Assembly: GCF_964355755.1 (NCBI RefSeq)
Contig: NC_092676.1
Location: forward strand, 25,996,871-26,060,870
From: Antedon mediterranea
Taxonomy: Eukaryota > Animalia > Echinodermata
Direction: 5' to 3'
DNA: 64,000 nucleotides
Below the pieces are notes generated by a model, which did not search any database, was not told the DNA's origin, and saw only the letters and a list, made by a program, of their open reading frames with translations. The position numbers and the translations under genes are program-made. Below, piece after piece: positions 1 through 13,100 of the stretch (within the stretch, counting starts at the first letter, position 1; each line of letters begins with the position of its first letter).

Positions 1-1132
1 CAATCAATCATATAACAAATATACATTGCAGCATAAAACGCTGAATTGCAGTATTTGTACAAAAATGATTATTATATAGGCAAATTACACATATGAATAC
101 AAAGAACTAACACCATTTTTAAATAAAAAAGAGCAAACGCTACACACTCAACATTTTTCAAATAATTACACAGATGTCTAAGATGTCAATATATAAGGCC
201 TACTCAAGTTACACACATACATATATCTATGTATTGTTTACAATTACTCTTTATTTTTGTTAAGATAAAAAAAGGAGTGTTTGCATTTTTTTCTTAAAAG
301 TTACATTTTGTTTGCCTATGCCCTTGTGCCTTTTTTCATATTTCTATTTCAATTCAATTCACATTTATTTACTCATCCTTTATAAATACAGTTTCATAGC
401 ATAAATGATGGCAAGGATCCTGCATAGAGAAGTTTACACTCCTGTTTTCGCAGGACCCTTTTACATAAAAAACATAAAACAATAAACACAACATACAAAA
501 TAAAAAAAAAAACATTTCCTATATACATTTTAGAGTTGTTCATCATCAAAAAGTGATAGTGTTTTTCTAACATGATTATTTATACATTTTTTCTTAAAAA
601 AGAAGATATTCAGTTTATTAATTCCAGTACATGTGGATTCTTTCTTTATATATTATAGCAAAAGTATGAATATATATAATATAAAACAGGCTATGTGTGT
701 ATACTCGCACACACCAACACAACGCATAATATATGCATATATATTTTATGAGTGAAGCATTTTAAGTTCTGTAATTCGATAAAATGTATATACTGTTTTG
801 TAACAGGGGTTTCTACTTATAAGCTGTGCTTCAGAGATTTTCCCTTTTCTATTTCATTTTTGTAATGATTATTTATGTATGTTTATGTTTGTTGTTGTAA
901 ACTATAACTTATAAGTATTTAAACAAGGACATTTTATTTTTAAGTTCAATACTGCAATTTCGTACGATTCATAAAATCACGTACTACGGTATTTCCATGT
1001 TAGTAAGATAAATTAGACCGTTGAAGGTTTAAAAAACAAGATTACGCTTAGTATCACCCCGTTGTACGCCGCGTGTATAATTATAAATTTATAAAATATG
1101 TATAATTTAACGAATATCTTTGGTTTGAACAG

Positions 1133-4100
1133 GATAAAATGGAAATAACACAACAGGCAGAATCTCTGTTCGTGGTTCTCTCGGAATCAGTGGAAATTGG
1201 TGAATCATTAGTCATTTCTAAAGACAACATTGGTAAGTGAAGGCATGGGTATAAATCTTTTTAAATCATTTTTTTTTTTTTTTTTTAAAGCTTTTAAATG
1301 TGATGTTCATTAACGGCGTTTCTTTCTTGAGCTCTGTCCACACGATCAAACTTTATGTGAACAAAATGTGATGTGCCCATATATGGACATGATGATGTCA
1401 TTTCACTATCATATATGGGCATATCATTACCATATTTGGAACATCAAATTTTTTGTCACATATAGTTTGATAATGTAGACAGAGCTTTACTTTTATTTTA
1501 TTTATGTTGGGTTTTATGTTTTATGTAAAAGGGTCCTGCAAAAACAGCCATCAATTATATACTGAAATTGTAATTATAAACGATGACAAAATAAATGTGA
1601 ATGAATGGAATAAATGAAATAGTACTTTGCTATAAATAATTTTATTTCATTTCTTTCATTATTTATCCGGTCTATTTTACTATATACATAACAACAACAA
1701 AAATGAAATTGGGGAGACCAACAACAACAACAACAACAACAGGTATTTTAAACCATAAGTGTACGTTCCATTCACCGGTCGAAATAATACGATTTACATT
1801 ATCAGGAAACCATTCTGGCAATGGCTTTCTAGCTGTCAAACGTCTAGTTTCACCAGATAATTAGTACGCTTAATGTATTCATGCAACCTAGTTTAATATT
1901 GGGAATGATTAAGTGAGATAACATGATTAAAATGAAATCATATTACATTGTGTCCAGCTTAATGAATGAGAGGCGCTTTAACACTGCTTCATTGTTATTC
2001 ATTACTTGCATTTTGTTTTATCAAGTATATTACCTTTTCACACACAAACAAATATGTAAATGTCAAAATGTAAATTTACATGATGCAAAGCCCTAGATAT
2101 ATAAGCTTTATTCTTACCGAGAATTAATTTATAAACGGTAAAGATGAGAAATTCTGTAGAAATGAAAAAAGATTCTGCTTGATAAGCAGACATTGTTCAA
2201 CCATTGAACCTTTCATAGTATATAGGCCTAGTTCAAATTCAATTGAATTAAATGTAAATTTAACTTTAAAATCTAATTATAATAAATATTTAATTTACAT
2301 TTTGATTGGGCCATCCTAACTGGAAAGGAAATCTTCCGTATTGTCGTTTTCCAAAACTAGAGGTTTGGGTTTTTTTTTCTGTTTCTGTAGTCGGAGTCTA
2401 CACTATCAAACTTTATTTGACAAACAAATGAAATGTGACATAATGATGTCATATCAACACCATATTTAAGCATATCACTACCATATGTGGGCACATCACA
2501 CAGCTCACTATGTCGGTCAGTTGTTCGGTCGGTAAACACTAACTTGAGCAACCATAACCATGTATATGGCCTTGTTTTTTGTCAAACTAGTTTGATAGTG
2601 TAGACTTGTTTTGTTCTTGTTTGCGCAGCCATTGTATGTATGACGCAAACCGTTCAACTGCGCTACCTTTTACTATAGCAACATAATCTAACGAAGTGAT
2701 TACGATGTTTGAAAGCCGCTTTAATAATGCAGCCAATTTAGGTTGACTTCAATTAAAGTCAGAATTGTTCATCATTGGTGTTCCAGGCTTTAACTACCTT
2801 AATTAACCAAGAATATTGAGTCGATTTCATAGCTTATTCACGCAATAATAAAGCCACTGAACAACGGCTAGGTTATAAAATGTGTATTATTGGTCTCATT
2901 ATCGAGAAAGACAAAAATAACACATCGAATTCTCATATATTTGCTTTTATTACTTCGTGCAAACAATTCATCACTCTACAGATACGACATTAAGTCTTTT
3001 ATACATTCGTAACAACAAGAAAAAAAACCCAAAAAAACTAACTCAATTAACGTGCATGTATTTACATCTATTACTATACTATTATTCATCCTTTAAGTCT
3101 TTAAACGTTATCGGGGAATTATTAAGGTATTTTATTTTGCGCGACAATCTCATAAAGATGATAAAAAACGTTCCGTGATCTGTTTCATCACTATTTTCAA
3201 AATTTGACTTAATCGTTGATTGGAGACCGTAAATACCGTATATCCATGGATTGATGAATATATCTATGTTATATCATCGAACCCTGCGTTTGGACAAACC
3301 TATTAAAGGGACACCTCCATTAAAGGAACACTTTCTTCTGAAACGAATGAAGGACACTGTAACACTAAGGAAATTCAGGTGGCACCTCTGTTTTAGGGAC
3401 ACTTCTAAAACGAAGATTGACAATGTACTACGGTAACCCGTGTTCAGAGGACACTCTGATGGTCCCGAAGATCTCCTATTAAACTTGGTTCCCAAGCGAC
3501 GCAACGCAAGGACGTAACGCAACGTAAAGCGTGGTTCCCACTAGAGACGCAAAGCAACGATGTATTGACGCAAAGTGCTGTATTGCGTAATTTGCAGATT
3601 TGATTTCACGCAGGCGGGGGCAAACACAATTATTGAAAGGGCATTCTATTACGTTGCGTAGATTGCGTTACGTTGCGTGGCTAGTGGGAACCAAGCTTAA
3701 GTGATTTGACCAATCACAAGCGATGGATTATTCGTCCTTGCGTTGCGTTTCTAGTGGGAACCAAGCTTTAATAGGGGTTTAAGCAAGAACAGCTATTAGG
3801 CTTAGATATGAGTATGTTCATCATAGTCTTACTTTGAGATCGTTCTATTTTCTTCATTAGTCTGCAAAATAAATGAATTTCCTATAAATACATTTTTTCC
3901 ATCAAACCTCATTAGGTTATTAGCTTTAAAATGTCTTAGAGCAATCAGCATTATTTTTCAAGGCCGGAACATAAGTTGTTTTTTTTTGTTTTTTTTATGA
4001 ATGAAGTTGCGGAACTGCATCATCTATCATCGCCCGAAGATCTACAAGGCTTGCGATTTAATGCTCCTGGATACAACGCGACAAATTCAACACCACCCTC

Positions 4101-7100
4101 CCTGATATTTGAAAAGAACAAAGAAGGAATTGCTGAAGGTAGGCCTATGAAATAAATTATCTGATAGGCATGGGGTGGGGGGGGGGGTTACAGAGACAGA
4201 TGAAATTGGAGTTAACAACACATAACTTTGAAATATTTTCATTTATACTGGTCTCCCAGAGGGCCCAGTTATGATCAGTGGCTGTGTGTACTAGTGCACC
4301 GGGGTAACCTCCTACTCGTCTAAAAAAATGTGCTACGTTCTTTAAAGTGCACATGAGCTAGATGTGTACACTGGACCTATAATTTATAGTCCTTATCCGA
4401 GAAGACTTGTTCTACCACCAGAATCATGGAGCGACTGAGCATCGAATTCCACTGTCTTAACCGCTCGGCCACTCACTCACTACTTTAACAGGATATGTTT
4501 TAAATAAATACAAAAAGTACAATGACCTTTAAATTACGTCAATTGACTCATAGGAACAACTATTGATAATTATTTGTTATTACTACTACTAATTAACTGA
4601 TTGATGTATGACTAAACGGTTGAACCAAAATAAAAGAATGAAGAAAGTGAATTTAATTAAGATGGCCATTTGGCAGTCACAAATTCAACTCCTAGCCCAC
4701 AAATAAATTGACAATGTTTACTTTTTAACACTCATAGGTACTGATGTAAATGTAGCTGTTGTCTACTACGACCGTAAATTATTCGAGTCTGGTAACAGGT
4801 AGGCCTAGAATTAATGGTTTAATCTCACACCACACAATATTCTAATATTAACTCACTCACTTCTCCTGATGCATTTTATTTGTTTAGTATTCATATAAAG
4901 CCAATAATCCACTTGCTAGGCTAGGCTAGGCTTGATTGATGCTTCCATAGAAGTGGCAGGTGGGATAACATATGTAATACTAATAATAAACAAATGTAAT
5001 AAACAAATGTAAAAATATAGTAACCTCTATTAAGGAGATATTTTGTATATCTAAAGCGTGGTTCCCACTAGAACGCAACGCAGCGCCGTATCGACGCAAA
5101 GTGTTGTATTGCGTAATCACAAGTGGGAACCGACGACGCAATAATGCTGCAAACATCGCAGATTTGATTTCACGCAGGATGGGGTTAACACAATTATTAG
5201 AAGGGCATTTTCTTACGTTACGTAGATTGCGTTACGTTGCGTAGCTAGTGGGAACCAGGCTTAACGCTTCGTTCCCACTAGGACGTAACGCAAGGACGTA
5301 AACGTAACGGAAGCGAGTTGAACAATCACACGCGACTGTTCGAATAATCCATCGCTTGTGATTGACCAACTCACTTACGTTGCATTACGTATTGTGTTGC
5401 GTCTCTAATGGAAACCAAGCATAAAGCGTGGTTCCCACTAGCGACGCAACACAAGGACGTAACGCAACGCAAGTGAATTGACCAATCACAAGCGATGGCT
5501 TATTCACTTGTGATTGCTAACTGTTGCTTGTCATTGGTTAAAACGCTTGCATTGCGTTTACGTCCTTGCGTTACGTTCTAGTGGGAACCAAGCTTAAGGG
5601 AGATATTTTGTTAGGTCTTTTAATAGGATACTGTATTTCCAAAACACCTTTAATGTATACTAGAGGCCTGTGACATTCGTGGTTTTTTCTATTTTTGCAG
5701 TGCTAAAGAAAATAGTATGGACCCAACAATGATCAGTGGGGTGATTTCGGCAACAGCTTCATCAAAGAGAAACAAACTCCCAGTTTCAGTTAACTTTACA
5801 CTGCCAATAGATAATGTAAGTATGCCTACTTCTTATATTACGTTATATTACGTTCAGGCGACATTTTCGCCAGTGATCTGTTATTATCACTAATTTAATA
5901 GTTATTCAGATTTGTGAATATTAATATATTTGAAGTTCTTATAATACAATATCCTAGCCTATCGGACGGTCTATTTTTAATTTGGTGCCAAGGGTTGTAC
6001 ACCCTCTCAAAGCATACCAGCAAAGCCCAAGTGAATCCTGTAGCATAGTCAAATGCTACATACAATACCGCCTTATTTTTCAAATGGTATAGCAAAAAAC
6101 AAAAAAACAAAATGGTTTCTTTACTCCAAATTCAGATTGAATAGCAGTTAAAATGTACTCTGGCGTTAAACCCAGTCTTATTTCACTTTAGAGCCAGTAT
6201 ATTAATGTATGTATCGCATTAGATATTATGTATACCCAGATATATTGAAGATATGAAAATCTTCATTGGGCCTGGTAATATGTTGCTCGTTCACTGTTGA
6301 TTGTTCAGCGTGCTTAAGCGTGGTTCCCACAAGCGATGCAACACAAGGACGTAACGCAACGCAAGTGAATTGACCAATCACAAGCGATGGCTTATTCGCT
6401 TGTGATTGCTAACTGTCTATAACTTCGCTTGCGTTGCGTTAAGGTCCTTGCGTTACGTTCTAGTGGCAACCAAGCTTAATATGTTGCTCTTTCACTGTTG
6501 ATTGTTCAGCGTGCTTAGAGGCGCCCCGTATTTTGCGCTATATTAAATTGAACCTTATTATTACTGACTCTATTATAAGCACTACAGTATTTGGATACTA
6601 ATTAAAAGACTATTCCAAAACAAATATAAATAAATTAGATAATGATTATGACATACAAGACTGAGCCACGCTCCAGCAACGAATGAAAATACTAAATATT
6701 CGCATCGATATGAGGAGGAGGACATTAACTGTTATAGCGTACGTTTACATAGCGATAATATTACGTCCATCAATTGCAACTTAAACAAACCCAGCCTGGT
6801 TTCAATTTTGATTTGAAGAATGACAAGATAACTGATTGTCTATTAAAATTACCAATTGAAATGCATCTAATTCATTATTATCGTTCCTAGTGTTTTCAAT
6901 TTATTCGTATTGAAGAGTTTTACAGCTTCAGCAGCCAATCGAGTCTTTTATTTAGAAATTAAATAAAACTAATTGATGAAATAGAATTGTAACTTGGTAG
7001 GCCTATCATATGACTTTCTCATGTGGTTACAACAACTATCATTTTATTTATGCACCCGATTCTTTGTACTGTATCTTCGCATGTGGCATTGTATGTCCAG

Positions 7101-10100
7101 TATTCCATGAGTCATTTTTGTCGCTTTCTCGGTATACTGTATCTCTTATTTTTACAGATCATATAGGCAAATGTTGTGACTTACAGTGTGATACACATAT
7201 CACATGTGTCCACTGTTATAGGCCACAGTCTGATACACATATCACATATGTCCACTGTTATAGGCCTACAGTGTGATACATATATCACATGTGTCCACTG
7301 TTATAGGCATACAGTTTGATACACATATCACATGTGTCCACTGTTATAGGCCTATCATAAGCCTAACATAACATATGTGACACTGTATTACAGAATGTGC
7401 CTATGATACTGTACAAACACACTACTGAAAATCGGTTAATTTATCAAGGAAAGCTATTACAGTACTGTAGTACTGTATATAACAATTAGTCTCGTACACT
7501 GACACAACATGCGCGCATGTTGTGTCAGTGTACAAGTGTGATGATTAAACAAGCTCATTTTAGCGTAAAAAATGTATTGGTAGTTATTGTATTATAACTA
7601 TTATAAATAATAATATGTAGGCATATTAAGGTTACAGTATAATATCACTGGTCCGTATTGATTGATATTGAAATTCTCACAAAAATGGTTTTGTATCATT
7701 TATACATCTAAAAAGCGTTCCCATCTTGTGGTAATTAAGCGTTTTCCCTTTGAAGAACCGCCGAATTATAATATGATTAACATAGAGCATAATTTATCTA
7801 ATCATGAAATTCGGTCACTAACTTCTTGAGACATCAATGAAGTAGTCAATTCTGAATATATTTATAGTCAAAATGTGGCGGGACTTTCTACTTAAATTAC
7901 AATGCAATCGTTTCCAGTGACATTGTATCCAACATCGATGCATCATGTGATATGCGATACTGTATGTAGTACACTATATGCAAAAGCATAATGTTAATGC
8001 TTCCATTGTGTAGCGCCATTTCAAAGAATTATTGCTCGTGGCGCTTTTCTATTATGCTTCGTGCTCCACCGCCTAAGGGTCACGTCATGTCAGTGCTGCT
8101 AACAATTCGAGCGTTTCGTGCTCCCCGGCCCTAAAGGTCACGTCATGTCAGTGCTGCTTCTAATTCTAGCGCTTCGTGCTTCCCGACCCTAAGGGTCACG
8201 TCATGTCAGTGCTGCACGCAATTCTAGCGCTTCGTGCTCCCCGGCCCTAAGGGTCACGTCATGTCAGTGCTGCTAACAATTCGAGCGTTTCGTGCTCCCC
8301 GGCCCTAAGGGTCACGTCATGTCAGTGCTGTTGCCAATGCTAGCTCTTCGTGCTCCCCGGCCCTAAGGGTCACGTTATGTCAGTGCTGCTGCCAATGCTA
8401 GTGCTTCGTGCTCCCCGGCCCTAAGGGTCACGTCATGCCAGTGCTGCTGCCAATGCTAGCTCTTCGTTCTCCCCGGCCCTAAGGGTCACGTCATGTCAGT
8501 GCTGCCAGTTCTAGCGCTTTTTCAAACTGGCCACCAACTCCTCATTAGCCATTTGCGCATACTAAAATGATCATTTTTTCAAAGAAATAATTCAACACCA
8601 ACTGCCTTAAACTATATAAAATACAATAGAACGTTTGTTTCTAATTCGTTTGTATCTATAAATTAATTGTTAGCAAGATACTTTTTAGAAGATTTATGCG
8701 GTCCTAGTTTGTGCTTACGACGTGCTCGCCCCTCCGGCATCCAGTTTGAATCGGACCTGTTTACGTTTTACCACGTATTCACACTGAACCAACAACACAG
8801 TTCCATGAAATAAAATTGCCTTATGTTACTACAATTCTATTTATCAATGTATTTATTATACGGATGTAAATAGTATTTGCTTCAATACTTGTGAATGCGT
8901 ACTACAGTTTGGCCTACGTTACGTGAATGAAAATGCTCGTGGTTTAAAGGCGCGGCATCTGTGTATTCGAGGTTTACCCGAGGAGGACCCGTAGTGTACC
9001 CGTGTAGTAGAAGTACCGGTTCTCGTTGAGAATCGTCTGGTTGTTACAAAATCGAGATATCCGATTGTTTACAGCAAATTTTGCAGTTTTGTTTTTGCTG
9101 TTCTGCTGATGAGTAATGAATATATGCATATATACTGCAATAACTAATCTAGCAATCATTTGTCAAACACAGTGGAAATTTACAGTCTTTTTATAAATCC
9201 TCTTAATTGTGAGATTTAGAGATTGAAATTCCGATGGAGATTGATCCGGCCATCAGAGTGTTTGCAATCCGATTTGCTGCCGTGGAATATTTTATAAATG
9301 ACATTACCTATCATTTAGAATAGGTACTAGAGAAGTTGTTTCTTCTTGTCTTGTTTTTGCTTTAAGCGACTAACGTGACAAGATTTTTTATTCTGTAGTT
9401 AAGTTCTCTATCATTATTTCTCTCTTATTTCGTATTTTGAATTTGTATTAAATAAACGTCGTGAATTGAGTTGTTTTGTAATCAAAATCTGTAAGAATTT
9501 CAACGCGCTTCGTGATTTTAATATTCAGTCAATAATTTTGAATTAAGGTTTAGGCTGCAGGCGACGGGTCGAAACGCTTCAATACATGTTGCTAAAATGT
9601 ATGTTATTATACATAACTGAATAAATAGATTGCTTATTGCTATATTAGATGTTATTATGTTGGATACTAACCGTACCTTGAGTTGTGCACCCAATAAGAC
9701 ATGACATCATGTGACTCTCTCTTCTTCTTCTCTTCTTCTTCTCTCTCTTCCACTTCACACTTCCTTCTCCCTTGGACTTCCCCACCTTCCACAGTCACTC
9801 TTTCCTTCAACCTTTTGCACTTTCACACCCTCTCTTTCCCTTCCCCGGCCTCTCTTTCCCTTCCCCATTTTATCCTTCCATCTCCTTCTCATCCCTCCCT
9901 TCCAAACTTTCACCTTCCCTTCCCACTTTCTCTCTTTTAAATTCTCACTCCTTCCTTCTCAACTTCCTCTCTTTAAGCATTCTCCACTTCCTCTCTTTTA
10001 GTTTGTTGTTGTTTATTAGTTTCCACAAATAATACATAATAATAGTCTTAATAAATCATTAAATATTTATAAATGTGAATGGTGGTCACAATAAGTCTAG

Positions 10101-13100
10101 AAGTAGACTTTAAGCAGAGGCCACCATTAACAAAAGATTACAATAAAATTGTTTTACTCTTTACCAATTTCCCTTCCTCTCCCTGTCAATTGAGCAACGT
10201 CAGCACAATTACTAATGACTTTAATGTATAACGTCATTACGTTTAGATTAGTGACCTCTAAGCGATTGCAGCCTTTAATCAAGAAGTTGATGACCAATAT
10301 TTGATTAATTAATTGTTCGTTCAATCAACAAAAGACATTGTAGCATTCATTCAGTCCTTGATTAAATATTGTATATCTCTGGAGACACTGATTGATATAT
10401 TTGTCAAATTAATTACACGGAATACTTTGAAAAGCATTTAATAAAATGAACAGCTCAATTAGTTTTGTAATCACAATTACGCGTCCTCGGTACGGTATCA
10501 ATATTGTTTGTTTTAATTATAATTATTTTATGCAAATTGCCAAGGATAACCATAAGCGAATGCATTCACTATTCTCCTTAAAGGTGGCAATTCTGTTCAA
10601 AAGACAAACATAAAACATAAAACACAAGTCTTATTACTAGTCTTTGAGAATGGAGTTATAAATTGTCATTGTATTGTCATTAGACAAAATCCTGACACTG
10701 AAAGGACTTTAACCTATGACCATTGGATTGGTAGCCAAGCATCATAACCAAGTCCGTTAGCATAGGCGAATATTTGATACAGCATCACTTGTTTAATACA
10801 ATGTAAAGCCTGTACCATAGACCCTAACCTTCCGTGATACATACAATTTGCCTGCGATACTGAACAAAATTGTAATATGTCAATTACGCGAGGTTACAAA
10901 ATTGTATGTAGTAAACATTATTATCATTTAGTTGGTTAATGGCTTTTTGCAATGCACACATTACTATTTCAAACACTTATTATATTCTAAAAGCATACAA
11001 TAGTCAAATTCAATAAATATTTCGTTCTTTTGTGTCTTATTTGAATTGTATTATATTAGGTAATTACCGTATACTCGCTCATCAATCAACATTATGTAAA
11101 TCATTAGTTTTTACCATATTCCGCAACGTAATGTTGAAAATATTGTTTTTTTGGCTGATGATTATATGAGTATATTAATATGAGTATTTTTCTGAATTTT
11201 ATAGTGTACAACCAAATTTTATACATCTTTTACAATTGAAAATCTGAATTTCCCAGTGTACAACCCAATACTATACATCTTTATCATTTCAAAATCTAAA
11301 TTTTACAGTGTACAACCCAATATTTCTTTTTTTTTTCACAATTTATTTTTTTAAATTAATCTTTAGGTTCCGAACAGTTGGAATGATTCTTATATCATGG
11401 AGACAGTCTGTGCGTTCTGGAATGTTGCGGCAAGGTAAATTATTTTTTATTTAAATGTATCAATCCTCAGCGGAAACCACCCGTCCGCTCCGCGTTGTGT
11501 GTATAAATGATACTAAGGAATATTAACATAGATGCTATATTTTATTACCGTTACCGCTCGTCTGTGTAAGTTGGCCTTTAGTGGTAAATGTGCACGAATC
11601 ATCTAGAGTACACTAGAGTATGAGCCCAGCCTTATTCTTAAAAGATGAGTCCAACTTTAGTTTTAAAGGATAAGCCTAACTTTACTTTTAAATGATGTGT
11701 CCAACTTTATTTTTAAAAGATGAGCCTAACCTTATTTTTAAAGATAAGCCTATTATTTTTAGAGGACGAATCCAACCTTATTTTTAAAGATAAGCCTATT
11801 ATTTTTAGAGGACGAGTCCAACCTTATTTTTAAAGATAAGCCTATTATTTTTAGAGGACGAGTCCAACCTTATTTTTAAAGATAAGCCTATTATTTTTAG
11901 AGGACGAGCCCAACCTTATTTTTAAAGATAAGCCTATTATTTTTAGAGGACGAGTCCAACCTTATTTTTAAAGATAAGCCTATTATTTTTAGAGGACGAA
12001 TCCAACCTTATTTTTAAAGAATGAACCTAATTTTTAGAGAATAAGCTAAACCTTATTTTTAAAGTACAACTTTATTCGGAGAGAAATTAAATGCATGAAA
12101 TGATTGACTTTAAATCAAAGTGTCTTTAACTTTCGTATTCGTATTTAATGTTATATATTTCGGACTTAGGCCTATATGACACTCCCTCCACATGATTAAT
12201 ATATTGTATTTATTATCCTGTAGGTCTATGTTATTATTAAATTGAAATTGAAACTTTGATTTCACTAAAATTCACTGAATTAGAAATGTGATCAATTTGT
12301 TTTTGTGTTTTGTTTCAGTGACTGGTCAACGGATGGTTGCTATGCCGTAATGTCTGGTAGTGATGGATCTTCGTCTGCAGATACAACGTGCTTTTGTTCG
12401 CACACGACAAACTTTGCCGTCCTCATGCAGGTGTCAGACGTGCCGGTGAGTGAAAATATTGACAATTAGCTTAGTTATTATATTACAATATTATATTACA
12501 AAAATAGTTTCGATATGTCACGTAAACTTTATTTTTTTTAATATTTTGTTTTTTTTCTTTTTTATTATCATTTTTTTTTTAATTGTCTGCTCATGAGTAA
12601 TTAAACTGACACTAATATGATGCATTTATCTGTTGTTATTAAAAGTTGTATTAATAATTCAATGATGTGTACATTTACAATCCATATTTTATTTATATTA
12701 TAGTACAAACACATAAGCTATTCACGTCGAAAATCCAATTTAATACAGTAGAACTGCACATTCTGTCCACTCTGTACCCAAATGAAGTGTCCACTATGTA
12801 CCCAAATGAAGTGTCCACTATGTACCCAAATGAAGTGTCCACTCTGTACCCAAATGAAGTGTCCACTCTGTACCCAATGAAGTGTCCACACAAAATAATT
12901 ATCTGAATAAGGGTTGGCCGAAGATATGTTTCCCCTCGTTCGTTCTACGGACAATTGGCCTCTTAATAGGGGTATCCCAAAAAAGAAAGGTGTTCTACCG
13001 TATTGACAGAATAATAGCCTTAGTACAATCATCTTTAATTTTCATTATAATAAGATTGATGGTAAACACGAAGCTGCATTGGGCTGGATTACACGGATAG

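Noticed and set aside
8057-8520. Repeat with slightly variable tails resembling a CRISPR array
   Set aside because: The variable parts are short and related to each other rather than unique spacers; eukaryotic intron, no cas genes.
8890-9705. Possible solo LTR (TG start, AATAAA near 9620, CA end)
   Set aside because: No matching TSD and no second copy in the window; cannot be supported without a repeat library.
9701-10032. Three overlapping Ser/Leu/Pro/Phe ORFs
   Set aside because: Artefact of the CT-rich tract, which lacks stop codons.
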